Positions 1 to 10,316 of a stretch of DNA of 45,869 nt are shown piece by piece. Position 1 is the stretch's first letter. The number at the start of each line of letters is the position of its first letter. The stretch is taken from the NCBI GenBank assembly GCA_008369845.1, contig MRSU01001522.1, positions 1 through 45,869 on the forward strand, written 5' to 3'. The DNA comes from Trichomonas gallinae. Lineage: Eukaryota. The notes below the pieces were generated by a model, which was not told where the DNA came from, did no database searches, and saw only the letters and a program-made list of their open reading frames with translations. A program made the position numbers and the translations under genes.

Positions 1-1630
1 AGCTGAAATTTACATATATTAATCAGATGGACATAAAAATGATACTTTAGAACTTTGAGATCTCAAATCCTATCACAAAGTCAGAAAGCGAGTTGAAACA
101 CTTCTATTGCTCGCTAATTTTTTATTAGAGGATTCACATGCCGAGCATTATAAAAAGCTCATTAATAGACCCTATGTATATAATATATTCGACATAAGCA
201 TCAACTTAAATTAAATTTGAAATGAACAAATTTATGAATGATGCACAAGACCCTATAACAACCCAACAAATGATATCTTTATATGCTATAGTACGGTTTG
301 ACACATGCTAACAAACGCCAGTTTTAAAAAAAATTATGAGTCAAAAATAGTTACTTGCGCAAAAAGATCAGACATTATCTTTTTTGATTGCAGCATGACG
401 AATTACTAACATCTAAGACCATGACAAAGGCTCAGGTAAAGCTATTTTCTGAAGTTTTTCAAAATCACACAATATTAAATATTTGGATCGTGGATAGCAT
501 CATGAAAAGCAAGACTTGCAAACACCAATATGTAACTTAAACATTTTGCAGGAGCAGCTCGCTATTTGTTCAAAATCATTTTCTTTGTGAATTTAGAATC
601 AAGTGGATTAAGGAAGCGATATTATTTTGCCAATATTCAATAATTGCGCACTACAAATCTTCAAATAAGTTAATTATATAAAAAAAATCCTCAAATTCTG
701 TTCAATTCGAATAATTCAAATAACGATCGTCATATCTAGAATCATCAATAACAGTTTGGAAGGTCAAACAAACGCAAAACAATATTTCATGGTTTGAATC
801 GAAAAAACTTTATAGTTATTAATGACAATATTAATTATATTAATCTGACGACCATTTCCACGTGCGTAATATTATAAGTCAAGCAATTTACTCAATTTAA
901 AAGCCAATGCTTTTGACTTTGAAAGCCAAATTGAGCTTTTAAGGTTATCATAAAATTTTAAGAATTTGTAAATCGCAAGTTATCGAATTCGTTATATATA
1001 AATAGCCTGTTATTCCGAATGTATTTGAGAGTTTTTCGAAAATGGATTTTCGTATTAAATTAAAATTCTATAATAACTTGATATTTCGGTATAGCTATTA
1101 GAATTTGGATTGTTTATCACGTGTTTTTCCACAATAAATTTAATTTTATCGTTTTTCAATGTATGCAATAATATGTTATATACAAGAAAATATTAATTGG
1201 AAATTTTCATTGCATTCACAATTTAAGAGACTATTGAAAATAATACATTTTTATTTGACCTGCATTCTAAATATTGTCTAGATTTATGCCTAAATATCTA
1301 AAAATAATAGTCATAAATGCAATTAATCAAAAATTGAATAATGTCTTAATTTTGCATTGAAATTTTTGTTTTCATTTCCTTCAATTATTCAAAAGTTTTT
1401 TCCGAAGTTTTGTAATCATCCTCTGATCCTCTAACTATTGTAAATGCTCGTCCAATTAGAATACAAACCGATCGGTAACGGTCTGTGAGGTCTATAGCAT
1501 TGCTAACCAGTTTTTTCGTTTTAAAAAATATTTTTAAAAATCTAAAAATTTAAAATATTAACAAATATATAAAATATAGCAAAATAATATGCTCCGACAA
1601 GTCAGTTTCAATTATCCTATTAGATCGATT

Positions 1631-2107
1631 TCAATTGAAATAATCAAATGGGAAAATTTCTTGGTAAGCCATATCAAACAGCGACCCTACATCGATTAGC
1701 TCTTCTTTCTTTGGAACGATGATTTGCGTATTTTGATTTATCATCGATTTCTTGTATAATTTGTAGGATTTTTTATCCATTTTGAGCCACTTCTGGTGTA
1801 CTTCGAGAATTTTCGGTTCTATAGATGCCCAGTTTTCACAAAACCAGCATATTAAGGCTTCAAGTTGTCTTTTAGCGCATCTATCGATTGGTTTTTTGAT
1901 ATTCTTGGACAATTCTTCTGCAAATTTCAGCAGAGGTTGCCTTGTGTGACACATAGGTAGGGAAAGCAGGAATTTTTCTAACTGGTCATACATTGAGCCA
2001 ATCTTCCTTCGTCTCTTGGCAAGTTTCTCCCTGTTCGCCTGATAATCCTTTGATTCCTTCCTTTTGGATGGCAGACGATGTATGATGATTGGATACCTAG
2101 CACTCAT
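1631..2107 (-). CDS. Trichomonad-type hypothetical protein with IDRxAKR...LICWFCENW motif (158 aa)
   Basis: ORF 1631..2188. The first 27 codons read like AT-rich UTR, so ATG at 2107 (MSARYP) is preferred. Basic helical core IDRCAKRQLEALICWFCENW, recalled from trichomonad hypotheticals (unverified). Confidence 0.65.
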   Translation of the reverse strand: MSARYPIIIHRLPSKRKESKDYQANREKLAKRRRKIGSMYDQLEKFLLSLPMCHTRQPLLKFAEELSKNIKKPIDRCAKRQLEALICWFCENWASIEPKILEVHQKWLKMDKKSYKLYKKSMINQNTQIIVPKKEELIDVGSLFDMAYQEIFPFDYFN

Positions 2108-4656
2108 AAAAAGAATTTTAAAAGAATTTAAGTGTACTTTTTTTCTCTGAAAAGTCAGCTTAGTCTGAAAACAAATTTTGCTTATCATCTTATACTACTA
2201 CCTCTCAGGGTGCTATAGATTATTGAATCGTCTAAAGAAAAATTGTTAAAATGCCACTTTTGGAATGATTTTTTGTGAATGACCGTTTTTTGTAGAATTA
2301 AAAACTGAAAAAAGGCGTTGCGAAAGGAAAAAGTTTTATAACTCGCGTTCGAACAGGATTTTTACCAATACAAATATCAATTATTATATGATTATTTCTC
2401 AATTATTCGTCAGAATACTACGCAGTAAATTCCTTTTTCTACAAGCTCCACAGCCATGAAACTCGCAGTGGGGATTGCCCTAGTATTATTAAAAGTAATT
2501 ATCTGTTTTATGGAAAATATGGCGTAAAATTGGCGATTATACAGATTGTACATAATTTTAGAATACAACGGACTCAGCTCTATTTCATAAGGAATGGAAA
2601 AACAACATTTTTGATATAATTTTTAATTTTAATTAAAATATCTCATATTTTTATCAATATGATCAGTATTGGCAATAATATCCAAGCTATTTTAGCGATT
2701 TAGGCGGCTAACGTTGCTATTTTTTGGCCTTTTGAGTCACATTTTCAAATAATCAATATATAATATGAGATAAATTATAAGATATATAGATTAATGATGA
2801 TCTCGGAAGCAAGCAGGTGGGTAACAAGCCGAGCTGGCCACTCTACAAAGGGTCTCAAATGAAGTTTTTCAAAAAGAACAAACACAATTTTTTATATGAC
2901 TTTTAATTCTTGTCTCTAGGTATTGAACCATAAAAAACATCGATTTTAGTATAATTATTTTCCTGGCATGTATTAGAATATAACAAGACCGATGAGAAGA
3001 AAAAAAAAGATTTTGGTCATACAAAATTGGTCTTATAAATAATGTTATTATAAGTAAAAAGATTGTTCCGACTGATAGAGTGATGTTTGAATTATTGAGC
3101 ATCACTCGAATTTGAGATTACCTTAATTTTTACTGAAAATGATTTTGTTTTGTTGAATATCAGAAGATTAGATGGATCAATAATCAGTTAATCGTGAAGA
3201 AAACGATATCATTCAATCAATAATTGAATGTATTATCAATTGTCATAAGAAAAAACTGAAATTCAATTGAATACGTTATCAATTTTGTTCAGAAAAATTG
3301 ATCAGTAATTCTGAAGAGTAATATTGGTACCATTTTTAGCTCATTTTATGATTGTCGATCGTATTTCATTGAGATTTAATTCTGATGTTTTTGAAAAATA
3401 TATGTATAAATTTCCTTAAATATTACTATATTCATGGTAATAACCATGTCATTTCATTTCTATATTTGTGAAGTTGGTCAAAAATTGCTGGTTAAAATGC
3501 TGACTGTTACAACCTAATTTAACATGATATTTGATCTTACTGTACTTCTCTATTGAGAACTATCCAATTTAATTAAAAACTAATGCAGAAATTCGTATAA
3601 AATGGTTTGTATATTATAACGTGCTTGCGCATATTAATTTGATAATTTACATCTATATGCCTCTATAACGGTGAACGTCCGCAAATTATGACGAGTAGTA
3701 AATTCGATAATTCTGTAATTTTTTGTTAATCGTCATCGGTCAACTGCAAAGCTATTTGAAAACTCCTGCTTATCAGTTTTCTAATGAAAAACATATTTTC
3801 TCGTAAATTGAATAAAAAATATGTTGGAAAATTTTGAAAGTTTATACTTTGAATGTATATTCCGATTCTTTACAGCATAGTATTGCGATATTTAGCCTTT
3901 TTAAGACATAATTTTGCGATATCTTTTCGATCAATCGTAATTTCGTGTCAATTGCGGTTAACAACGGTTTGAAAAGCAAATAATCGTAGACAGATATGAA
4001 TTATAAGATGTTTTGCACTGCAAAATTGCTATTTTCCCTATGATAATATTTAACTGAAACTCGAATGCATATATGAGCTTGACCAAGGTAATGCCCGACT
4101 CTGCACAGATTTCTTATTAGTTTCCAAATATGGTAATGGGCAAATTTAAAATGTTTTTAATCGACTAAATTAATTTGGTCAAAGTAGCAATTTCTGACAC
4201 CGCATATATAAATTTATGTATTTGTCATTGAGGATCGGCATATGAACCATTGTTTCCTCAATTGTTACAGTGATACATTCAAACATGCCGTAAATGACAA
4301 AAATGAATGTAACGATGTAAGTAATTCTTTTCAGCATATAATATATCATATTCCCACATGATAAAACAATCATATTATTTTACCTCAAACTTTGATCAAC
4401 AATTATTTTGTTTTTCTGCAACTGCATTCACTCATTCTCATGTATATAAAACAATATATTAATTTAAATCAATCACATATCATGAAAGCCTATTACTCAA
4501 AATGCACAATTTCTAAAATAAAAATTCTATGAATAAATTAAAATGATTATTAATTTTGGATGACAGAGTTTTAGATTCTTAGAAAGATCAGAGAGTCAAG
4601 CTTCTAAATAAAGAGAAATGAGGTTTGATTTTTTCAAAAAAATAAAAGCAAAAATT

Positions 4657-6444
4657 TTATTGAGCGAAATTGAGGTAATCGCGGATTGTGCAGGTATTTG
4701 GCTTCTGCTCTGTCGAGTATCTTCTGAAGATTGTGATAGCCTCGTGCACGTTGATGGAGAGTCCGACAGCTTCGAAGATCGTCTGGAGGCCTTTTACGTC
4801 TATCCTGTTGTTTGAGGCGTACTTCTTGAACAAGTCCGTTGGATCCTTTCCTGATCTCTTCAATGCAGCCCTGAAGTCTGTGACGATTCTGTTGAGGTCT
4901 GCCTGTGGGAAGCTGTCTGGGTCAGCTTCCATGAACGAGAGCGCGTATTCTGTTGCCTCGTCGAGCTGGAACTTGCTGCAGTTGATAGTCAAGACCTTGC
5001 CGATCTCGAAGTCGCTTGCCTGGAATGGCTTGCCTGTGTCTGGGTTTGTCATCTTCGTTCTGTTCAGCCACTTGCCTGCGACGATGCCGGAGTTTCTTGC
5101 CGGTGGCTCGAAGACCTGGATCGTGTCATCGGCCATGAAGTATGTGAGAATGAAGCTCCTGGAGGCGTCGACAGAGTTGCGAGTAACCATGTGGCACTTG
5201 AATCTCAAGATATCGTTCGAGTGCTTCAAGAGCTTGACCTGGTCCTTTGGAGCTGGCTTTGGATGCAATGAGAGGCACGAGCGCATTGTATCCTCGTCGC
5301 TGCCGATGAGTGATGGCGGCGGGACTTCGAATTTGACCTGTGTTGGCTTGTCTTCGACTGTTTCGTGTGCAACTGGCTGCATTTCTTCCTCTGAGTAGCC
5401 CATGTTCTCGATGTACCAGCGGCGTGTGTATGGGTCGCAGTCGAAGATATGCATCGTGCGGCCGAGAATCTGGATTTCGTCGCCGATATGAAGATCTGTT
5501 GGGCGGAAATAGTTCTCCGCTGGGAGGAAACGTGGGTCGTTCTCGCTGAGAGAAAGAAGGCGCTTTGGAATCTGTCCGCGCTTGACGAATGAAGGAACTG
5601 GATCTCTTCCATCGTTTTGGTGACGGACTTCGAGGACTTCCATAGTGTCGTCGCTCAAGTAGTAGTGGATGACGAACTGGCGGAGGTCTCCGAATGGGCG
5701 GTCTCTGTTATCCCATGTCGCGTAAAATCTCAAAACGTGGCCGTCGTTGGCAAGGAACTGGCGGAGCTTGAGCATTTCTGGCTTTGGAACGCCGCGGTTT
5801 CTGTGTGTCTCGTTGTATTCGATGAGAGTGCGTTTTGTGATATATGGATCGTCTGGGATTGTTTCGTCTGTTTTGCCGTCGCGATTAAGCTTGTCTAAGA
5901 ACTCGTGTGTGAACTTATCTGCCTCTTGAATGAAATACGTACGACCATAGAGAGAGAATTCTTCTCCAATGTGGAAGTCGCCGACGTTGACGTAGCTATC
6001 ATCATCCTTCTTGGCGCGGTGGCGGCGAAGGAATGTGCCCTGTGGAATACCGCTGTTCTTAACGCGTGGTTCTACAATTTCAATTGTATCATCTTCAAGG
6101 AAGAAAAGAATCTTGACTTTACGAACGCGATATGTCTCTTGCTGGCTGCTAAATACTGGCTCCTTGAAGTAGCCGTAGAAGCGTAAAACCTGGGAACCAA
6201 ATGCAACCCAAGCTGGGACTGTTTCTCCCTGCTGGTTGCTGTCTCCCATTGCTTGATTGTAAATTGTTGTGCTAGAAATAGCCTCCTTTGGCGGCAATTG
6301 GCCAGGAAGTAAAGTGCCGCCAATGCCTGGCGCGTTCTCGTGAATGGCCATGCCTCCATTCTCGAAAACAAGGGCCTGGCTCTTGTGGAAGCGTGTCTGT
6401 GTGGGATCAGGGAACGTATGGCCTGGAAGAAGAGGAAGAGTCAT
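4657..6444 (-). CDS. RIB72: Rib72/EFHC1 flagellar protofilament ribbon protein (3 DM10 domains plus C-terminal EF-hand-like region)
   Basis: N-terminal LPLLPGHTF. Three DM10 repeats: VLRFYGYFKE..EDDTIEIVEP..NSGIPQG, VLRFYATWD..SDDTMEVLE and ILRFKC..ADDTIQVFEP..NSGI. Strong codon bias. Confidence 0.95.
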   Translation of the reverse strand: MTLPLLPGHTFPDPTQTRFHKSQALVFENGGMAIHENAPGIGGTLLPGQLPPKEAISSTTIYNQAMGDSNQQGETVPAWVAFGSQVLRFYGYFKEPVFSSQQETYRVRKVKILFFLEDDTIEIVEPRVKNSGIPQGTFLRRHRAKKDDDSYVNVGDFHIGEEFSLYGRTYFIQEADKFTHEFLDKLNRDGKTDETIPDDPYITKRTLIEYNETHRNRGVPKPEMLKLRQFLANDGHVLRFYATWDNRDRPFGDLRQFVIHYYLSDDTMEVLEVRHQNDGRDPVPSFVKRGQIPKRLLSLSENDPRFLPAENYFRPTDLHIGDEIQILGRTMHIFDCDPYTRRWYIENMGYSEEEMQPVAHETVEDKPTQVKFEVPPPSLIGSDEDTMRSCLSLHPKPAPKDQVKLLKHSNDILRFKCHMVTRNSVDASRSFILTYFMADDTIQVFEPPARNSGIVAGKWLNRTKMTNPDTGKPFQASDFEIGKVLTINCSKFQLDEATEYALSFMEADPDSFPQADLNRIVTDFRAALKRSGKDPTDLFKKYASNNRIDVKGLQTIFEAVGLSINVHEAITIFRRYSTEQKPNTCTIRDYLNFAQ

Positions 6445-6935
6445 TTTAGTTTGTTATTTTTTTTATAACGTATTATAACCGGCACTTTTTTTCTTATGAT
6501 TTCGTTATTTTTCTTTTGGATCAAAATACATTGAAATACAGAATATTTATCTAATAACAAATCAAAATAACAAGGTTTTGTAGTCTAAATCACATTATTT
6601 TATTTGATGAAAAATATTTTTACTGTAATCAACTAATTATATATCATAACCAAATAGACAAGCGCCTACAATATCAATTTGAAAGTCTAAAAAGCTCTAA
6701 TATTCAATATAAATCAAAAAAGAAATAATCTATCAATTTAAATTGATTATGATAGCTCATTGAAACTCATCTTGATTGCTTTCCTCCAAGCAACACAGCA
6801 AAATATCAAGTCTGTGACTACAAGCAATATTACTGAGCTTCTTTCGTCGCCAATTTACCCTTGATTTTATCATTATGCAACTAAGAACAAGAATAAATAT
6901 CTAACATATTAAGCTAGCAGCAAGTCTCTCAATTT

Positions 6936-7021
6936 TCTCACGCATGCAATGAAAGGCTCATTGACGAGCGAGAAAAACGAAAAATTTCTGCTCGTCATGC
7001 TTCTTCATCGCATGCATGAGA
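6936..7021. repeat. Imperfect inverted repeat / long stem-loop
   Basis: 6936-6953 pairs with 7004-7021 (16/18 Watson-Crick). TGACGAGC 6962-6969 pairs with GCTCGTCA 6990-6997, and AGAAA pairs with TTTCT. Confidence 0.85.
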
Positions 7022-7600
7022 TTCCATGAGTGTTCTTGTGCTTGTTCTGCGTTCACAAAATAATTATTTGATTAATGGTGTTATTAATATATTGATCACA
7101 ATAGTGGTCATTTCTGTGATCTAAATTTCTATTATCATTTGTGTATTTTTCAAAATCCCAAGCAATTTTAAATGAAAATCACCTTTAGACAAATAATAAT
7201 AGTTTTACGTAACATCACTATGATATTTAAAATTTGCACCAATATATAGTTATATAGACAGATATTATGGCTAATTTAATTCTATATCTAATTAGAAAAT
7301 ATAATTTTCTTGTGAAATATATACGTTTCAGATGATTTCAAAGCGTATGTCTAATAGAAATCGAAAAGATGAAAATATTGAAAATGTTTAAAAGTTAGTA
7401 ATATCACCAGGCGAGTGAGAAAATGAATTTTTAATATTTATGACATGTAAATCTAAATTTGTCATGTATAGTCAAAAATTTTAATTAATCGTTTCTTGAA
7501 ATTTTGAGATAAAATGGATTTATATAGTGATAAAAAGTCCAATCTCAAAAAATTGATGTCAAAAATTTTAGATTTATTGTCGAAAAAGTGTCATAAAACA

Positions 7601-8494
7601 ATGACATACAGGAAAATCTATTCTGCGACTTACAGTAACAAAGAAAACCTCGACCAATCCAGCTACATCATTGTGGAGAGTAGTATGCTGAGCACTGAAA
7701 TGATGGAAGGTCAGATGATTACATTTAAAATCACTAATCCTCGAACAAATGAATCTGTATTCGCAGTTGAGAAAGAATTTACTGCAGAACAGGGTACAAT
7801 CATCGCTCCTTATTGGATGATGGACAAAATCGGCGTTGATGAGGGAGAAACTATTTTAATCGAATCTGTTATTCTTCCACCAGCCACACGCGCTGTTTTT
7901 CAGCCGAGAACAAAGGAATTTAACGAAATCAGAGAGCCAAGAGTCGTTTTAGAGAAAGAATTACGTAATCATCCTTGTTTAACACAAGGATCAACAATTC
8001 AGATCAAATTTGCAGGTGAAATCTACCAACTCTACATCCTGAAGACAGAGCCAACACCTGCAGTGAGAATTCGTGATATTGATGTTGTATGCGAATTTGC
8101 TCCTTTAGAAGACAACTTCAAGCATAATTGGAACGATCCAGATACAGATTCAAGTGACGAATCTGAAGAAGATAGATATTATAACACGTTAGAAAAACGA
8201 AAACAAAGAGTTTACAGGCATTCTACGCTAGAATCACGCGAGAAAGATCTTAAAACTAGTAGAAGATACGTTGGTGTGAGGACTTTCCAGGAAGGACAAG
8301 AAATTCTGCCTCCTGTCGCTCAAGAAAAACCAAAAAAGGTAAAAATTAAAGGAACTTGGCATAATCTCAAGAATGAGACAGGTGAAATCAAGGAAAGGCA
8401 CTATGATGATGGATCTAGTGTCCTTAAAGAGCAGAAAAAGGATACAAAGGATTCGTCTGATTCTTTATTCATTGGCAAGGCCAGATTTTTATAG
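7601..8494 (+). CDS. Ubiquitin fusion degradation UFD1-family protein (divergent)
   Basis: EFTAEQG..PYWMM..LPPAT..QP..F..I.EPRVVLEKELRNHPCLTQG matches the UFD1 domain. ATG 7601 follows AAAAGTGTCATA; the ORF track's upstream ATG is 7514. Confidence 0.85.
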   Translation: MTYRKIYSATYSNKENLDQSSYIIVESSMLSTEMMEGQMITFKITNPRTNESVFAVEKEFTAEQGTIIAPYWMMDKIGVDEGETILIESVILPPATRAVFQPRTKEFNEIREPRVVLEKELRNHPCLTQGSTIQIKFAGEIYQLYILKTEPTPAVRIRDIDVVCEFAPLEDNFKHNWNDPDTDSSDESEEDRYYNTLEKRKQRVYRHSTLESREKDLKTSRRYVGVRTFQEGQEILPPVAQEKPKKVKIKGTWHNLKNETGEIKERHYDDGSSVLKEQKKDTKDSSDSLFIGKARFL

Positions 8495-8769
8495 AAATAT
8501 TTGTTTATAGTAAATATACAGTTAAAATACATGTTAGAACTTAAAAAAATGAATTTTTATTATTTATTTTTATATTTAAATTAACAAACATATCAAGCTA
8601 TTATTTCTTCGGTGGATGTATTACATTGATATATTAGAGTTGTCTTTTAATGCAAGCTGAATCAGTTAAATAATCAAAATCTATGTATTCATCATCATCA
8701 TTGGACAATTTTATTCTCTTTAAAATTGTTAATTTATAATTCTTATTTCTAAAGATGTGAATATACTCA

Positions 8770-9027
8770 GATGTTGTCAAACATCTTCTCATAGTTCATG
8801 GAATAGATGTTAACTCAAAAGATTTTTACAACAATACAGCTTTGATTTGTGCTTCAATAAATGGTTATCTTAATGTTGTCAAACATCTTCTCATATTTCA
8901 TTGAACAGATGTTAATGCAAAAGATTTTTACAGCAATACAGCTTTGATTTTAGCTTTTGAAAATGATTATCATGAAATTGTTAAGCTCTTTCTCACAGTT
9001 CCTGGAATAGATATCAACAAAAAAGAT
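8770..9027 (+). pseudogene. Ankyrin-repeat gene relic (about 2.5 repeats, 102-bp period, in-frame TGA)
   Basis: Reads DVVKHLLIVHGIDVNSKDFYNNTALICASINGYLNVVKHLLIFH*TDVNAKDFYSNTALILAFENDYHEIVKLFLTVPGIDINKKD. TGA at 8902 stands where the first copy has GGA. Confidence 0.85.
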
Positions 9028-9328
9028 TGTTTTCATCCTCTATTTCTTTTTGATTTTAATCAATGTTTAGATAGATATAATGTTTATAAATAAAAAATGA
9101 AACTATTATATGTTATCTTGCATAATGTGGATATGATATTACATGTTTTTGAATGATATATATTGAAGCAAATAAGAATAATATTTTATTTCCATACAAA
9201 GAGAAAGATAATTTAAGAACTGCGATAATAATAAAATGTTACATGAAAACCGCATGAATCGATATTATTTTTGATTCTAAAATGCTTACAAACTCCAATT
9301 TTGAAGATGAAAAAATAATTATCGGATT

Positions 9329-10024
9329 TCATTGCGAATTTGCATGATTTTTAGCGTATTCTATGGCTATTTGTCGCAGTTTTATAACTGATTTTCCTTG
9401 GCCAACGGCAGCTAAATTATATGCAAATGTTGGAATGTTACCACCGATTTCTGTATGAAGAATAAAGCTTAATATCGTTCCATTTTCGTTGTTCGGGTCT
9501 TTTTCGAAGATAAAAGCTTGTTGTTTCATCTGTCCGCGAACGAAGCCTTTTCTTTCAGGCATTACCTTGTCACATACTACAGAAGTATGAGTGTAGCATA
9601 ATATGTCGTCTTTAGCGATGACTTTCCTGTAAACAAGAAAATCTCTTCCAGAAACAAGCGGGAAAGGCGAAGGAGTGGCACAATACATGAAAGCCCGTGC
9701 TGTTGGATCTTTTTCATCGTAATTAAACAGTTTTCGTTCAAGTAATCCTTCGTTTTCCGATTTTGGAGTATTTGGAGTAATTTCTTTGCACGGAATGATA
9801 GCTTCTAACGCTAGTTTTGGAGGCACTGGGACTGAAATAGTTGCTTTTATCATGTCGTAGGGGCTTTCTGGCACGCGGCGAACAAATATTATGCATCCAT
9901 CTGCTTCTTCCTTTGAAAACTTCCAATCTGGACTGTTTAGATTTGCCAGAATTTCGTCATTGACTTTATTAAGGATCTCATCGAATTGCGAATATTCTTC
10001 TGATGAAATATCAACTTGATACAT
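9329..10024 (-). CDS. START (lipid-binding) domain protein
   Basis: W near the N-terminus, SPFPLVSGRDFL, P.RKGFVRG, and GGNIP followed by a C-terminal helix. ATG 10024 (track start is TTG). Confidence 0.9.
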   Translation of the reverse strand: MYQVDISSEEYSQFDEILNKVNDEILANLNSPDWKFSKEEADGCIIFVRRVPESPYDMIKATISVPVPPKLALEAIIPCKEITPNTPKSENEGLLERKLFNYDEKDPTARAFMYCATPSPFPLVSGRDFLVYRKVIAKDDILCYTHTSVVCDKVMPERKGFVRGQMKQQAFIFEKDPNNENGTILSFILHTEIGGNIPTFAYNLAAVGQGKSVIKLRQIAIEYAKNHANSQ

Positions 10025-10316
10025 CAATAAATTTGATGCAATATAACATATTTATCCTCACAAACCAAAATAACTTCACATATTTTTTGATATCTATGTA
10101 ATATTTTGAAAAAAATAAATTTTCGGATTTATGCGATTATATTAGAAATTAAGATATATAGTCGATAAACAATACAAATATTAACTTAAATTGACCATTT
10201 CAAAAATAATTAATATTGAATTTCAATTATAATCTGCTACTAAATATTGTAATCAAATAACTGATGATAAAATAAATTTAGTTCTAAAAAATGTTTATCC
10301 GTAGAAAACAAAATAA

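Noticed and set aside
1..600. Patchy coding-like sequence and CTAAC motifs at the window start
   Set aside because: No sustained frame or family, and branch-to-AG spacing does not fit.
2869..4373. Short AT-rich ORFs (78 and 64 aa)
   Set aside because: Composition typical of translated intergenic DNA; no motifs.
4618..6371. Antisense and alternate-frame ORFs over Rib72 (up to 236 aa)
   Set aside because: Expected shadows of a strongly codon-biased gene; no motifs.
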